Assembly (NCBI GenBank): GCA_036382945.1 | Contig: DASVPH010000030.1 | Location: forward strand, 7,387 to 71,386 | Origin: Casimicrobiaceae bacterium | GTDB lineage: Bacteria > Pseudomonadota > Gammaproteobacteria > Burkholderiales > Casimicrobiaceae | DNA: 64,000 nt | Direction: 5' to 3' | Shown: piece after piece, positions 9,872-17,993 of the stretch | Numbering within the stretch: position 1 is the first letter of the stretch | Layout: each line of letters opens with the position of its first letter | Translations under genes and position numbers: made by a program | Notes under the pieces: generated by a model | Database searches by the model: none | What the model was told of the DNA's origin: nothing | Seen by the model: only the letters and a program-made list of their open reading frames with translations

Positions 9872-10789
9872 ATGGCACATCCTCACTGGCCCGACCTGCC
9901 GTACGATGCCTGGAAGGAGACGTACGCGACGCTGCACATGTGGACGCAGATCGTGGGCAAGATCCGGCTCGCTCGCATGCCCTGGCTCAACCACTGCTGG
10001 CAGGTGACGCTCTACCCCACCGCGCGCGGCCTCACGACGGGGCCGATGCCGTACGCGGAAGAACAGCTGCAGATCGACTTCGATTTCGTCGCCCACGAGC
10101 TCGACATCCAAACCACTCGCGGCGAGCGGCATAGCATTGTCTTGGCTCCGATGCCGGTGTCGGTGTTCTACCGATCCGTGATGGATGCGCTGCGGGCGCT
10201 GGGAATGCCGGTCGAGATATACCGCAAGCCGGTCGAAGTGGACAGTCGCGTTGCGTTCGACGTCGACGACGAGCATCGGGCCTACGATGCGGAGCATGCG
10301 CATCGGTGCTGGCGTATCCTCGCGTCGTCGGCGAAGGTGTTTCAGCGCTTTCGATCACGCTTCTGCGGCAAGGCCAGTCCCGTGCACTTCTTCTGGGGCA
10401 GCTTCGATCTCGCGGTCACCCGCTTTTCGGGACGGACCGCGCCGCCGCATCCGGGTGGCGTCCCCAACCTTCCCGATCGCGTGACACGCGACGCCTATTC
10501 GCACGAGGTGAGCAGCTGCGGCTTCTGGCCAGGTGGTGCCGCGGCGCCGTTTCCGCTCTTCTACAGCTATGCCTATCCGGAGCCGGCCGGTTTCGGCCGA
10601 GCGCCGGTGCAGCCCTCCGAGGCCCGGTACGACGCTGCGTTGCGCGAGTTCGTCTTGCCCTATGAGGCGGTCAGCGGGGCGGACACGCCCGAGGAGAAGC
10701 TGCTGGCGTTCCTGCAGACGAGCTATGAGGCGGCCGCCGATCTCGCGCATTGGGACCGACGGTCCCTAGAAGCTTCTCAAGCCGAATGA
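9872..10789 (+). CDS. DUF5996 family protein
   Basis: 305 aa. The N-terminus HWPDLPYDAWKETYATLHMWTQIVGKIRLA matches my memory of DUF5996. Confidence 0.7.
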   Translation: MAHPHWPDLPYDAWKETYATLHMWTQIVGKIRLARMPWLNHCWQVTLYPTARGLTTGPMPYAEEQLQIDFDFVAHELDIQTTRGERHSIVLAPMPVSVFYRSVMDALRALGMPVEIYRKPVEVDSRVAFDVDDEHRAYDAEHAHRCWRILASSAKVFQRFRSRFCGKASPVHFFWGSFDLAVTRFSGRTAPPHPGGVPNLPDRVTRDAYSHEVSSCGFWPGGAAAPFPLFYSYAYPEPAGFGRAPVQPSEARYDAALREFVLPYEAVSGADTPEEKLLAFLQTSYEAAADLAHWDRRSLEASQAE

Positions 10790-10887
10790 GTATGCCTATA
10801 TGCGGATGAACTCCCGGCACGAGAACGATTTCATCATGGCGGCCAAAACGAACCGGCTCGCCGAGCCGTGAGCGGGCGCAACCGGTC

Positions 10888-11259
10888 ATGACCGCGAAGG
10901 ATCCGAGCAAGCTCGATCGGCTGCTGGCGGAGGCTCGCCGCGCCGCCAAGGAGCGCGAGCAAAGCTACCGGGAACTAGCGCTCAAGATCTATCCCTGGAT
11001 CTGCGGTCGCTGCGGCCGCGAGTTCACCCGCGCCAACCTGCGCGAGCTGACGGTGCACCACCGCGACCACGATCACGACAACAACCCGCCCGACGGCAGC
11101 AACTGGGAGCTCTTGTGCGTGTATTGCCACGACAACGAGCACCAGCGGCAACTGGAAGCCGCGGGCGGCGGCACGGTCACCTCCGGTGAGCGCCGCGGCG
11201 CGACGCACGCGCCGTTCGCCAATCTGCGCGAGATGCTGGACCGCAAGAAGCAGCCCTGA
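10888..11259 (+). CDS. yajD: HNH endonuclease, YajD family
   Basis: CGRCGREF...LTVHHRDHDHDNNPPDGSNWELLCVYCHDNEH is the YajD-type HNH motif. Confidence 0.85.
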   Translation: MTAKDPSKLDRLLAEARRAAKEREQSYRELALKIYPWICGRCGREFTRANLRELTVHHRDHDHDNNPPDGSNWELLCVYCHDNEHQRQLEAAGGGTVTSGERRGATHAPFANLREMLDRKKQP

Positions 11260-11394
11260 AGGTCGCCGGCCGAATCGCGAAGCTCGCGGCGCCTCCAAGG
11301 CCGGCAGGACGCACGGCGCGGGCCGCTTGACCGCCTCCACAGCGACGAAGATACTTCCAGCCGTGTTGCCTCCGTGGCAGCGGAAGGGGGATGG

Positions 11395-12540
11395 ATGAGC
11401 CGCTTGAGCGTCCTGATTCTCTCCGTACTGGTTGTCGGCTGCGCGACCGTGCCGGCGCCGCAGCCGAACCCCCTGTTCCGAGATCAGCTCTTCGCCCCTG
11501 CGTCGCAGCGCATCAGCGCCGACGACGTGTTCGCGTTGAGCGACGACATGCGCAACTACCTCCGCACCGAGATTGCCGACCAGCTTCGCTTCGAGGGTCC
11601 GCTGCGCGGACTCGTCGATGCGCTCTACAGCAAGGGCCAGCTCAAGCTCGAATACGACGCGGAGATCACGCGGAATGCGGCGCAGACCTTCGCCGCCCGG
11701 GCCGGAAACTGTCTGTCGCTGGTCATCATGAGCGCGGCGCTCGCGAAGGAGGTCGGGCTGACGGTTCGCTACCAGCAGGTGCTCGTCGATGACGCCTGGA
11801 GTCGGAGCGGCGACATGTACTTTTCAAGCGCTCACGTGAACCTGACGCTCGGCACGATCCAGCGCGAGCGCGTCCTCGACGAATCGAACGCGGTGATGAC
11901 GATCGATTTCCTGCCGCAGCAGGACATCCGGGGCCTGCGCTTGCGCGCGCTCGAGGAACAGACCATCGTCGCGATGTACATGAACAACCGGGCCGCCGAA
12001 TCGCTCGCGCGCGGGCAGGTGGATGATGCTTATTGGTATGCGCGCGAAGCCATCGAACGCGACCCGAAGTTCCTGAGCGCCTACAACACGCTGGGGCTCA
12101 CCTACCGCCATCACGGCAATCTTCCGGAGGCCGAACAGGTGCTCGCCCGCGTCCTCGAGCTCGAGCCGGCCAACACGGAGGTCATGTCGAACCTGGCGCT
12201 CGTGCTGCGCGACGAGGGTCGGATCGCGGAAGCCGAAGCCTTGACCCGCAAGCTGCAGCAGTTGCAGCCGTATCCGCCGTTCTACTTCTTCAACCTCGGC
12301 ATGGCGGCGATGCGCGAGCGCGACTACAGGAAGGCGCGGGATCTGTTCACCAAGGAGCTCGAGCGCGACGCCTACTACCACGAGTTCCACTTCTGGCTCG
12401 CGGCCGCGTACCTTGGCCTCGGCGACACCAAGCAGGCGCGCGCGCAGCTCGAGCTTGCGCTGCAGAACAGCTCGACCCGCAAGGAGCACGACCTGTACGC
12501 GGCGAAGCTCGATCGCATCAGCCCACACCGCACGCAGTAG
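11395..12540 (+). CDS. TPR-repeat lipoprotein with transglutaminase-like N-domain
   Basis: Lipobox LVVGC after MSRLSVLILSV, with GGAAGGGGG upstream. GNC...SAH resembles a transglutaminase-like core. The C-terminal half has TPR repeats. Confidence 0.75.
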   Translation: MSRLSVLILSVLVVGCATVPAPQPNPLFRDQLFAPASQRISADDVFALSDDMRNYLRTEIADQLRFEGPLRGLVDALYSKGQLKLEYDAEITRNAAQTFAARAGNCLSLVIMSAALAKEVGLTVRYQQVLVDDAWSRSGDMYFSSAHVNLTLGTIQRERVLDESNAVMTIDFLPQQDIRGLRLRALEEQTIVAMYMNNRAAESLARGQVDDAYWYAREAIERDPKFLSAYNTLGLTYRHHGNLPEAEQVLARVLELEPANTEVMSNLALVLRDEGRIAEAEALTRKLQQLQPYPPFYFFNLGMAAMRERDYRKARDLFTKELERDAYYHEFHFWLAAAYLGLGDTKQARAQLELALQNSSTRKEHDLYAAKLDRISPHRTQ

Positions 12541-12546
12541 CTGCAC

Positions 12547-12571
12547 GCCGCGAGCCACGGGCCCTCGCGGC
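12547..12571. terminator. GC hairpin between convergent genes
   Basis: GCCGCGAG-ccacgggcc-CTCGCGGC forms an 8-bp stem. There is no U-tract, so function is uncertain. Confidence 0.3.
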
Positions 12572-12606
12572 TCGATCGCGGCCTCGCCGCGCCGCCGCGG
12601 CGATCG

Positions 12607-13008
12607 CTACGGCTTCGGTCGGACGCCGACGACCGTCAGCTCCTGGTTCTTCACCTGCTCGATCAGCGGTCCGGTAACGGCGAGAAATTCGAGGTCGATG
12701 TCGGCTTTGTCGTTGGGGTTGAGGACGGGACGTTTCGTGGTCGCGGTCGCCGTGCCCAGCACCTTTCCGTCGGCGTCGAAGACCTTCCCGGCGACCTCGA
12801 CCGGCCCGACCGGCTCGGCAGCGAGGTTTTGCACCGTGCCCTTCAGGTGAAGGTGTCCGCCCGCGCAGACATACGCTCCCGGCGCAGCCTCCGAATGCAT
12901 ACCCGTGCTTCTGACCTCGACCTTGATCTTGTCGTTCAACTCGCCGGCCAGGGCAACCCCGCCGAGCATCATGGTTGCGACGATGGGCCATGCACTGGCT
13001 GCTTTCAT
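12607..13008 (-). CDS. secreted hypothetical protein (133 aa)
   Basis: Signal peptide MKAASAWPIVATMMLGGVALAG. Coding-like composition, no recognised domain. Confidence 0.55.
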   Translation of the reverse strand: MKAASAWPIVATMMLGGVALAGELNDKIKVEVRSTGMHSEAAPGAYVCAGGHLHLKGTVQNLAAEPVGPVEVAGKVFDADGKVLGTATATTKRPVLNPNDKADIDLEFLAVTGPLIEQVKNQELTVVGVRPKP

Positions 13009-13180
13009 GGAAGCACCTCCGACAGATCGCGCCGGCCCTGAGGATCGCGGCCCGCGGGAAGTGACCCAACATACGCCACAGCGCCGCGACGATCAAGGCG
13101 AGCCGCCCCGCCGTCATCCTCGCCTGGCCCGGCGCGGGTCCGCGGTCGACCGCCCGGCGCGCCGCCATTACAATTGAGCG

Positions 13181-14581
13181 ATGGCTTCGCTCAGTTGCGC
13201 CGACATCCTCGCCGGCCGGGCGCCGCAAGACACCTCCGTCACCCTCAAAGGTTGGGTGCGTACCCGGCGCGACTCTAAAGCCGGCATCTCCTTCGTGCAC
13301 GTCTCCGACGGGTCGTGCTTTCATCCGGTGCAGGTCGTCGCGCCGAACACGCTTCCCAACTACGCGGACGAGGTTCTGCACCTCACGACCGGCTGCGCGG
13401 TGGAGGCCTCGGGCGCGATCGTGCCTTCGCCGGCGAAAGGCCAGCCCTTCGAGATGCAGGCGAGCGCGATCAAGGTCCTCGGCTGGGTCGAGGATCCAGA
13501 TTCCTACGCGATCCAGCCCAAAGCGCACACGCTCGAGTTCCTGCGCGAGGTCGCGCATCTGCGGCCGCGCACCAACGTCATCGGCGCGGTGACGCGCGTC
13601 CGGCACACGATCGCGCAGGCGATCCATCGCTTCTTCCACGACCACGGCTTCGTCTGGGTCAACACGCCGATCATCACGTCGTCGGACGCGGAGGGCGCAG
13701 GGGAGCTGTTTCGCGTGTCGACGCTCGATCTCGCCAATCTGCCGCGCACCCCACAGGGCAAGGTCGACTTCGCGCAGGATTTCTTCGGGCGCGAGACGTT
13801 TCTCACCGTTTCCGGGCAGCTCAACGTTGAAGCCTACTGTCTGGCCCTGTCCAAGGTCTACACCTTCGGCCCCACCTTCCGCGCTGAGAACTCCAACACC
13901 AGCCGGCACCTGGCGGAGTTCTGGATGATCGAGCCCGAGATCGCCTTCGCCGACCTCGCCGACGACGCCGCGCTGGCCGAAGGCTTGCTCAAGCACATCT
14001 TCCGCACCGTGCTCGCCGAGCGGCCCGACGACATGGCCTTCTTCGAGGAGCGCATCGAAAAGGGCGTGATCGCCAAGCTGCAGGGCATCGTCGACTCCGA
14101 GTTCGTGCGGATGGATTATTCCGAAGCGGTGCGCATCCTGGAACAGGCGAAGCGCTCGTTCGAATTTCCGGTCAAGTGGGGCATCGACCTGCAGTCCGAG
14201 CACGAGCGCTACCTCACCGAGCGCTACGCCAAGCGGCCGGTGGTGGTGATGAACTATCCAAAGCAGATCAAGGCGTTCTACATGCGCGCCAACGACGACG
14301 GCAGAACCGTAGCCGCGATGGACGTGCTCGCGCCCGGCATCGGCGAGATCGTCGGCGGCAGCCAGCGCGAGGAGCGGCTCGAGATGCTCGACGCGCGGCT
14401 GGCCGCGTCCGGGCTCGACCCGGAACACTACGGCTGGTACCGCGACCTGCGCCGCTACGGCACCGTGCCGCACGCGGGATTCGGCCTGGGCTTCGAGCGC
14501 ACGGTGGCGTACGCGACCGGCCTCGCCAACGTGCGCGACGTCATTCCCTTCCCGCGAACGCCGGGCAACGCCCGCTACTGA
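13181..14581 (+). CDS. asnS: asparagine--tRNA ligase
   Basis: 466 aa with an OB-fold N-domain and class II core. [21 protein letters not shown] and GFGLGFER are typical of AsnRS. Confidence 0.95.
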   Translation: MASLSCADILAGRAPQDTSVTLKGWVRTRRDSKAGISFVHVSDGSCFHPVQVVAPNTLPNYADEVLHLTTGCAVEASGAIVPSPAKGQPFEMQASAIKVLGWVEDPDSYAIQPKAHTLEFLREVAHLRPRTNVIGAVTRVRHTIAQAIHRFFHDHGFVWVNTPIITSSDAEGAGELFRVSTLDLANLPRTPQGKVDFAQDFFGRETFLTVSGQLNVEAYCLALSKVYTFGPTFRAENSNTSRHLAEFWMIEPEIAFADLADDAALAEGLLKHIFRTVLAERPDDMAFFEERIEKGVIAKLQGIVDSEFVRMDYSEAVRILEQAKRSFEFPVKWGIDLQSEHERYLTERYAKRPVVVMNYPKQIKAFYMRANDDGRTVAAMDVLAPGIGEIVGGSQREERLEMLDARLAASGLDPEHYGWYRDLRRYGTVPHAGFGLGFERTVAYATGLANVRDVIPFPRTPGNARY

Positions 14582-14597
14582 CGCGGACCCAGCGGCC

Positions 14598-14643
14598 GCG
14601 CCGGCACGTGTGGCTCTGGCCGCTCGCTTGCGCCGGCACGTGT
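14598..14643. promoter_or_regulatory. direct repeat of a 14-mer containing CACGTG
   Basis: GCGCCGGCACGTGT occurs at 14598-14611 and 14630-14643, 32 nt centre to centre, 130-170 nt upstream of the 14771 gene. Confidence 0.3.
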
Positions 14644-14770
14644 TGTTCGGGCAGATCGCTTCCGCGAGCTTGTTGTCGAAATCGGGGTTGCCCGCACGTC
14701 ATTCCCGTTAGCAAACCTCCGGTCGGCGGCGACTGATAAGATCGACGAGATCATTCCAGAGGAGTCGCTC

Positions 14771-16039
14771 ATGGCTCGTCTCAGCCGGGTTGTTTCCTTT
14801 CCCAGTGCCGCCGGGCACGCGCTCGCGGCGCGGCTGGATCTGCCCTCCGGCGTCCGCTGGTCGCGCCCGCGCGCCTACGCGCTGTTCGCGCACTGCTTCA
14901 CCTGCTCCAAGGACAGCAAGGCCGCAACCTTCATCAGCGAGGCGCTCTGCGCTGCCGGCATCGGTGTGCTGCGCTTCGATTTCACCGGTCTCGGCGGATC
15001 GGAGGGCGAGTTCGCGAGCACGACCTTCTCGTCGAACGTCGCCGACCTCGTCGCCGCCGCGGCGTGGCTTCGACGCGAGCACGCGGCGCCGGCGATCCTG
15101 GTCGGACACAGCCTCGGCGGCGCCGCAGTGCTCGCGGCCGCCGGGCAGATTCCCGAAGCGGTCGCGGTGGCGACGATCAATGCGCCCGCCGATCCCGCGC
15201 ACCTCGCCACGCTCTTCTCCGGCCAGCGCGCCGCGATCGACGCTCACGGCGAAGCCGAGGTCGAACTCGCCGGGCGGACGTTTCGCATCCGCCGCGAATT
15301 CCTCGAGGACGTCGCCGCGCAGAAGCTCTCCGCGGCGCTCGCTCGGCTCCGGCGCGCGCTCATCGTCTTTCACGCGCCGCGCGATGCGACGGTCGGCATC
15401 GACAACGCGTCGCAGATCTTTCTCGCGGCCAAGCATCCGAAGAGCTTCGTCTCCTTAGACGATGCCGATCACCTGCTCACCCGGAAGGGCGACGCCCAAT
15501 ATGTCGGCGCGGTGCTCGCCGCGTGGGCGAGCCGCTACCTCCCGCAACCCGCCCGAGAGGCGCCGGCAGTGGACGCCCCGCGCGAGACGGTGCTGGTGAG
15601 CGAGACCCACGCCGGCAAGTTCGAGCAGGAGATCGCGATCGGCCCGCACCGCTTGACCGCCGACGAACCGACCTCGGCCGGCGGCGAGGACGCGGGCCCG
15701 TCGCCGTACGATCTGCTCTCCGCGGCGCTCGGTGCATGCACGGCGATGACCATCCGCATGTACGCCGATGCCAAGCGTCTCCCGCTCGAGCGCGTCGGCG
15801 TCAGCCTCAGGCACGAGAAGATCCATGCCAGCGACTGCAGCGAGTGCGAAACGAAAGAAGGGCGCATCGACCGCATCGAGCGCGTCATCGACTTGAGCGG
15901 GCCGCTCGACGACGCGATGCGCGCGAAGCTCCTCGAGATCGCCAACAAGTGCCCGGTGCACCGCACGTTGAGGAGCGAGGTGTGGATACCCACTCGGCTT
16001 GTCGAGCCGACCGCGCGCGAAACGCCTCCGTCAGGTTGA
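14771..16039 (+). CDS. bifunctional alpha/beta hydrolase / OsmC-family protein
   Basis: The N-half has FAHCFTCSKDS and nucleophile elbow GHSLGG. The C-half is OsmC-like (GPSPYDLL..ALG.C, CPVHRTL). Confidence 0.85.
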   Translation: MARLSRVVSFPSAAGHALAARLDLPSGVRWSRPRAYALFAHCFTCSKDSKAATFISEALCAAGIGVLRFDFTGLGGSEGEFASTTFSSNVADLVAAAAWLRREHAAPAILVGHSLGGAAVLAAAGQIPEAVAVATINAPADPAHLATLFSGQRAAIDAHGEAEVELAGRTFRIRREFLEDVAAQKLSAALARLRRALIVFHAPRDATVGIDNASQIFLAAKHPKSFVSLDDADHLLTRKGDAQYVGAVLAAWASRYLPQPAREAPAVDAPRETVLVSETHAGKFEQEIAIGPHRLTADEPTSAGGEDAGPSPYDLLSAALGACTAMTIRMYADAKRLPLERVGVSLRHEKIHASDCSECETKEGRIDRIERVIDLSGPLDDAMRAKLLEIANKCPVHRTLRSEVWIPTRLVEPTARETPPSG

Positions 16040-16082
16040 ATCGCCGCCGCTGATTGTGCCGGCGGCGCCGCAGCGACGGCGC

Positions 16083-16712
16083 TCACGCGCTCGTCGCAGC
16101 GGGCGCATGATGCACCAGCACCAGCGCCAGCTCGGCCCAGCCGCGCGGGTGCGGCACACGCGGGTACGGCGGCGAGGGCCATGCCCACCGCGGCGGCGCG
16201 AAGAGCGCGCGCATGGCGTTGATGTCGCAGTGGTACGGCGGCCCCTCGACGAGCCCGTCGGCTGCACCCGGACGCGTGGCTTGCAGGAACAACGCATAGA
16301 GCCGCGCGCCGGGGGCGAGCCAGGCGTCGAGCTGATCGGCATAGGCGCGCCAGTGATCGGGATGCAGCGCGCACAGACACGTCTGCTCGTAGACGGCGTC
16401 GAACGGCGCGGCGGGAGTCCATTCGAGCGCGTCCGCCTGAACCAGCGTGGCTCGCGCCCCTGCCTGCGCGAGGCGCTCTCGCGTCAGCGCGATCGCCGCC
16501 GGCGCGTAGTCGAGCGCCGTGACCTCGAAGCCCATACGGGCGAGCAAGGCGACCTCGTGGCCGCTGCCGCATCCGGGCACGAGGATGCGGCAGGGCGCGA
16601 GCGAGCGCGCTTCGAGCCAGGCCGCGAGCTGCGGACTCGGCGCGCCGCGATCCCACGGTGTCTCCCTGGCCACGAAGCGCTGCTGCCAGAACTCGCGCGT
16701 GGGTCCGGTCAT
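16083..16712 (-). CDS. SAM-dependent methyltransferase, TPMT family
   Basis: FWQQRF....TPWD plus the SAM motif ILVPGCGSGHEV. ATGA overlap with the upstream gene. Confidence 0.8.
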   Translation of the reverse strand: MTGPTREFWQQRFVARETPWDRGAPSPQLAAWLEARSLAPCRILVPGCGSGHEVALLARMGFEVTALDYAPAAIALTRERLAQAGARATLVQADALEWTPAAPFDAVYEQTCLCALHPDHWRAYADQLDAWLAPGARLYALFLQATRPGAADGLVEGPPYHCDINAMRALFAPPRWAWPSPPYPRVPHPRGWAELALVLVHHAPAATSA

Positions 16713-17479
16713 GCTCGCGCGCCGGGGCGGGGCCGCAGCGACGCGTCACGGCCCCGGAGAATCAAGCTGAAATTGTTCGCGGGCATGTCGAGGACTTCGG
16801 CGAGCTCCAGCCCGACTCGATCCGCCGCCGCGCAGATTTGCTCGAGATCGCGCAGTCCCCATTCGGGATCGTAAGCGCGGAGCTTGGCGTCGAAAGCCTC
16901 GTTGCTGGGCGCCGTGTGGCGACCGTGGCGGCGGTAGGGTCCGTAGCAATACAGCACGCCGCCCAGCGGCAGGATATCCGCCGCACCTGCAAGCAGATCG
17001 AGCGTGGTGGCCCACGGCGAGACGTGAACGACATTGATGCACACGACGGCATCCGCCGCGCTCACCGGCCACGGGCGCTCACGCACGTCGAGCGCGAGCG
17101 GTTCTCGAACGTTGCCCAACTGCTCGTGCCGGACCCAGAGCGCGATCGAGCGGCGCAGCGCCGCGTCGGGCTCGGTCGGCTGCCACGTGAGCCGAGGCAG
17201 CGCTTGCGCGAAATGCACGACGTGCTCTCCCGTGCCGCTGCCGACCTCGAGCACGAGGCCCGTCGGCGGAAGCACGCGCGTGAGCACTTCGAGGATCGGG
17301 CCGCGGTTGCGTTGCGCGGCGGGTGCGTGCCACCGGCCGTCGCCCAACTCCTCGCCGATTTGCCACGTCACGCCGAGAAGCTCGCCACAGCGAGCCCTTC
17401 GCGTTGCACGCCCACCCTGCCTTTCATGTTTCGATGCTAGACGACCCATCGCGACGGCGCAAGGCGTTATCATCGGCAT
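16709..17479 (-). CDS. DUF938 domain protein (methyltransferase-like)
   Basis: APAAQRNRGPILEVL...VLEVGSGTGEH is DUF938-like. The true start is probably internal (ATG 17449 or GTG 17371). Confidence 0.75.
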   Translation of the reverse strand: MPMITPCAVAMGRLASKHERQGGRATRRARCGELLGVTWQIGEELGDGRWHAPAAQRNRGPILEVLTRVLPPTGLVLEVGSGTGEHVVHFAQALPRLTWQPTEPDAALRRSIALWVRHEQLGNVREPLALDVRERPWPVSAADAVVCINVVHVSPWATTLDLLAGAADILPLGGVLYCYGPYRRHGRHTAPSNEAFDAKLRAYDPEWGLRDLEQICAAADRVGLELAEVLDMPANNFSLILRGRDASLRPRPGARA

Positions 17480-17496
17480 TATCGCGTCGAGCGAGA

Positions 17497-17628
17497 ATGG
17501 TCATGGTCATCGCCTGCTTCATCGCCTATCAGATCGATCCCTTCCTGCGCAACGCGTTCCGAGAGTACGCCGAGGGCGACGGCGCGTTTCGCCTCGCCGC
17601 CGCAGCCGCCAGCGCAGAGCACGCATGA
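17497..17628 (+). pseudogene. NIPSNAP-like N-terminal fragment (43 codons)
   Basis: MVMVIACFIAYQIDPFLRNAFREYAE resembles the first ~26 aa of ~100-aa NIPSNAP-type proteins, then diverges and stops. ATGA overlap with the next gene. Confidence 0.3.
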
Positions 17629-17975
17629 TCGCCGTGATCTTCGAATTGCAACCACGCCCCGGTCGAAAGGACGCCTACCTCGACGCCGCGGCCCGCCTCC
17701 GCCCGTTGCTGGAGAAGATCGACGGCTTCGTGTCGATCGAGCGCTTCGAGAGCCTCACTACCCCGGGCAAGATCCTGTCGCTGTCGTTCTGGCGCGACGA
17801 AGCTGCGGTGCGCGAGTGGCGCAACGTCGAAGAGCATCGCCGCATCCAGGCGCTCGGCAGGCAGTCGATCTTCGCCGACTACCGGCTACGGGTCGCCGCG
17901 GTGGTCCGCGACTACGGGATGCGCGACCGAGCGCGGGCGCCGGAGGATTCGCGCCGGGCGCACGGCGAGTCTTGA
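17625..17975 (+). CDS. antibiotic-biosynthesis-monooxygenase (ABM) family protein
   Basis: MIAVIFE...GFVSIERFESL...SFWRDEAAVREWRN..EH follows the ABM-domain pattern. Confidence 0.75.
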   Translation: MIAVIFELQPRPGRKDAYLDAAARLRPLLEKIDGFVSIERFESLTTPGKILSLSFWRDEAAVREWRNVEEHRRIQALGRQSIFADYRLRVAAVVRDYGMRDRARAPEDSRRAHGES

Positions 17976-17993
17976 CTCCCGCGCTGCCGCCGA

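Noticed and set aside
12518-14473. 651-aa minus-strand ORF.
   Set aside because: It is antisense to asnS, which is unambiguous.
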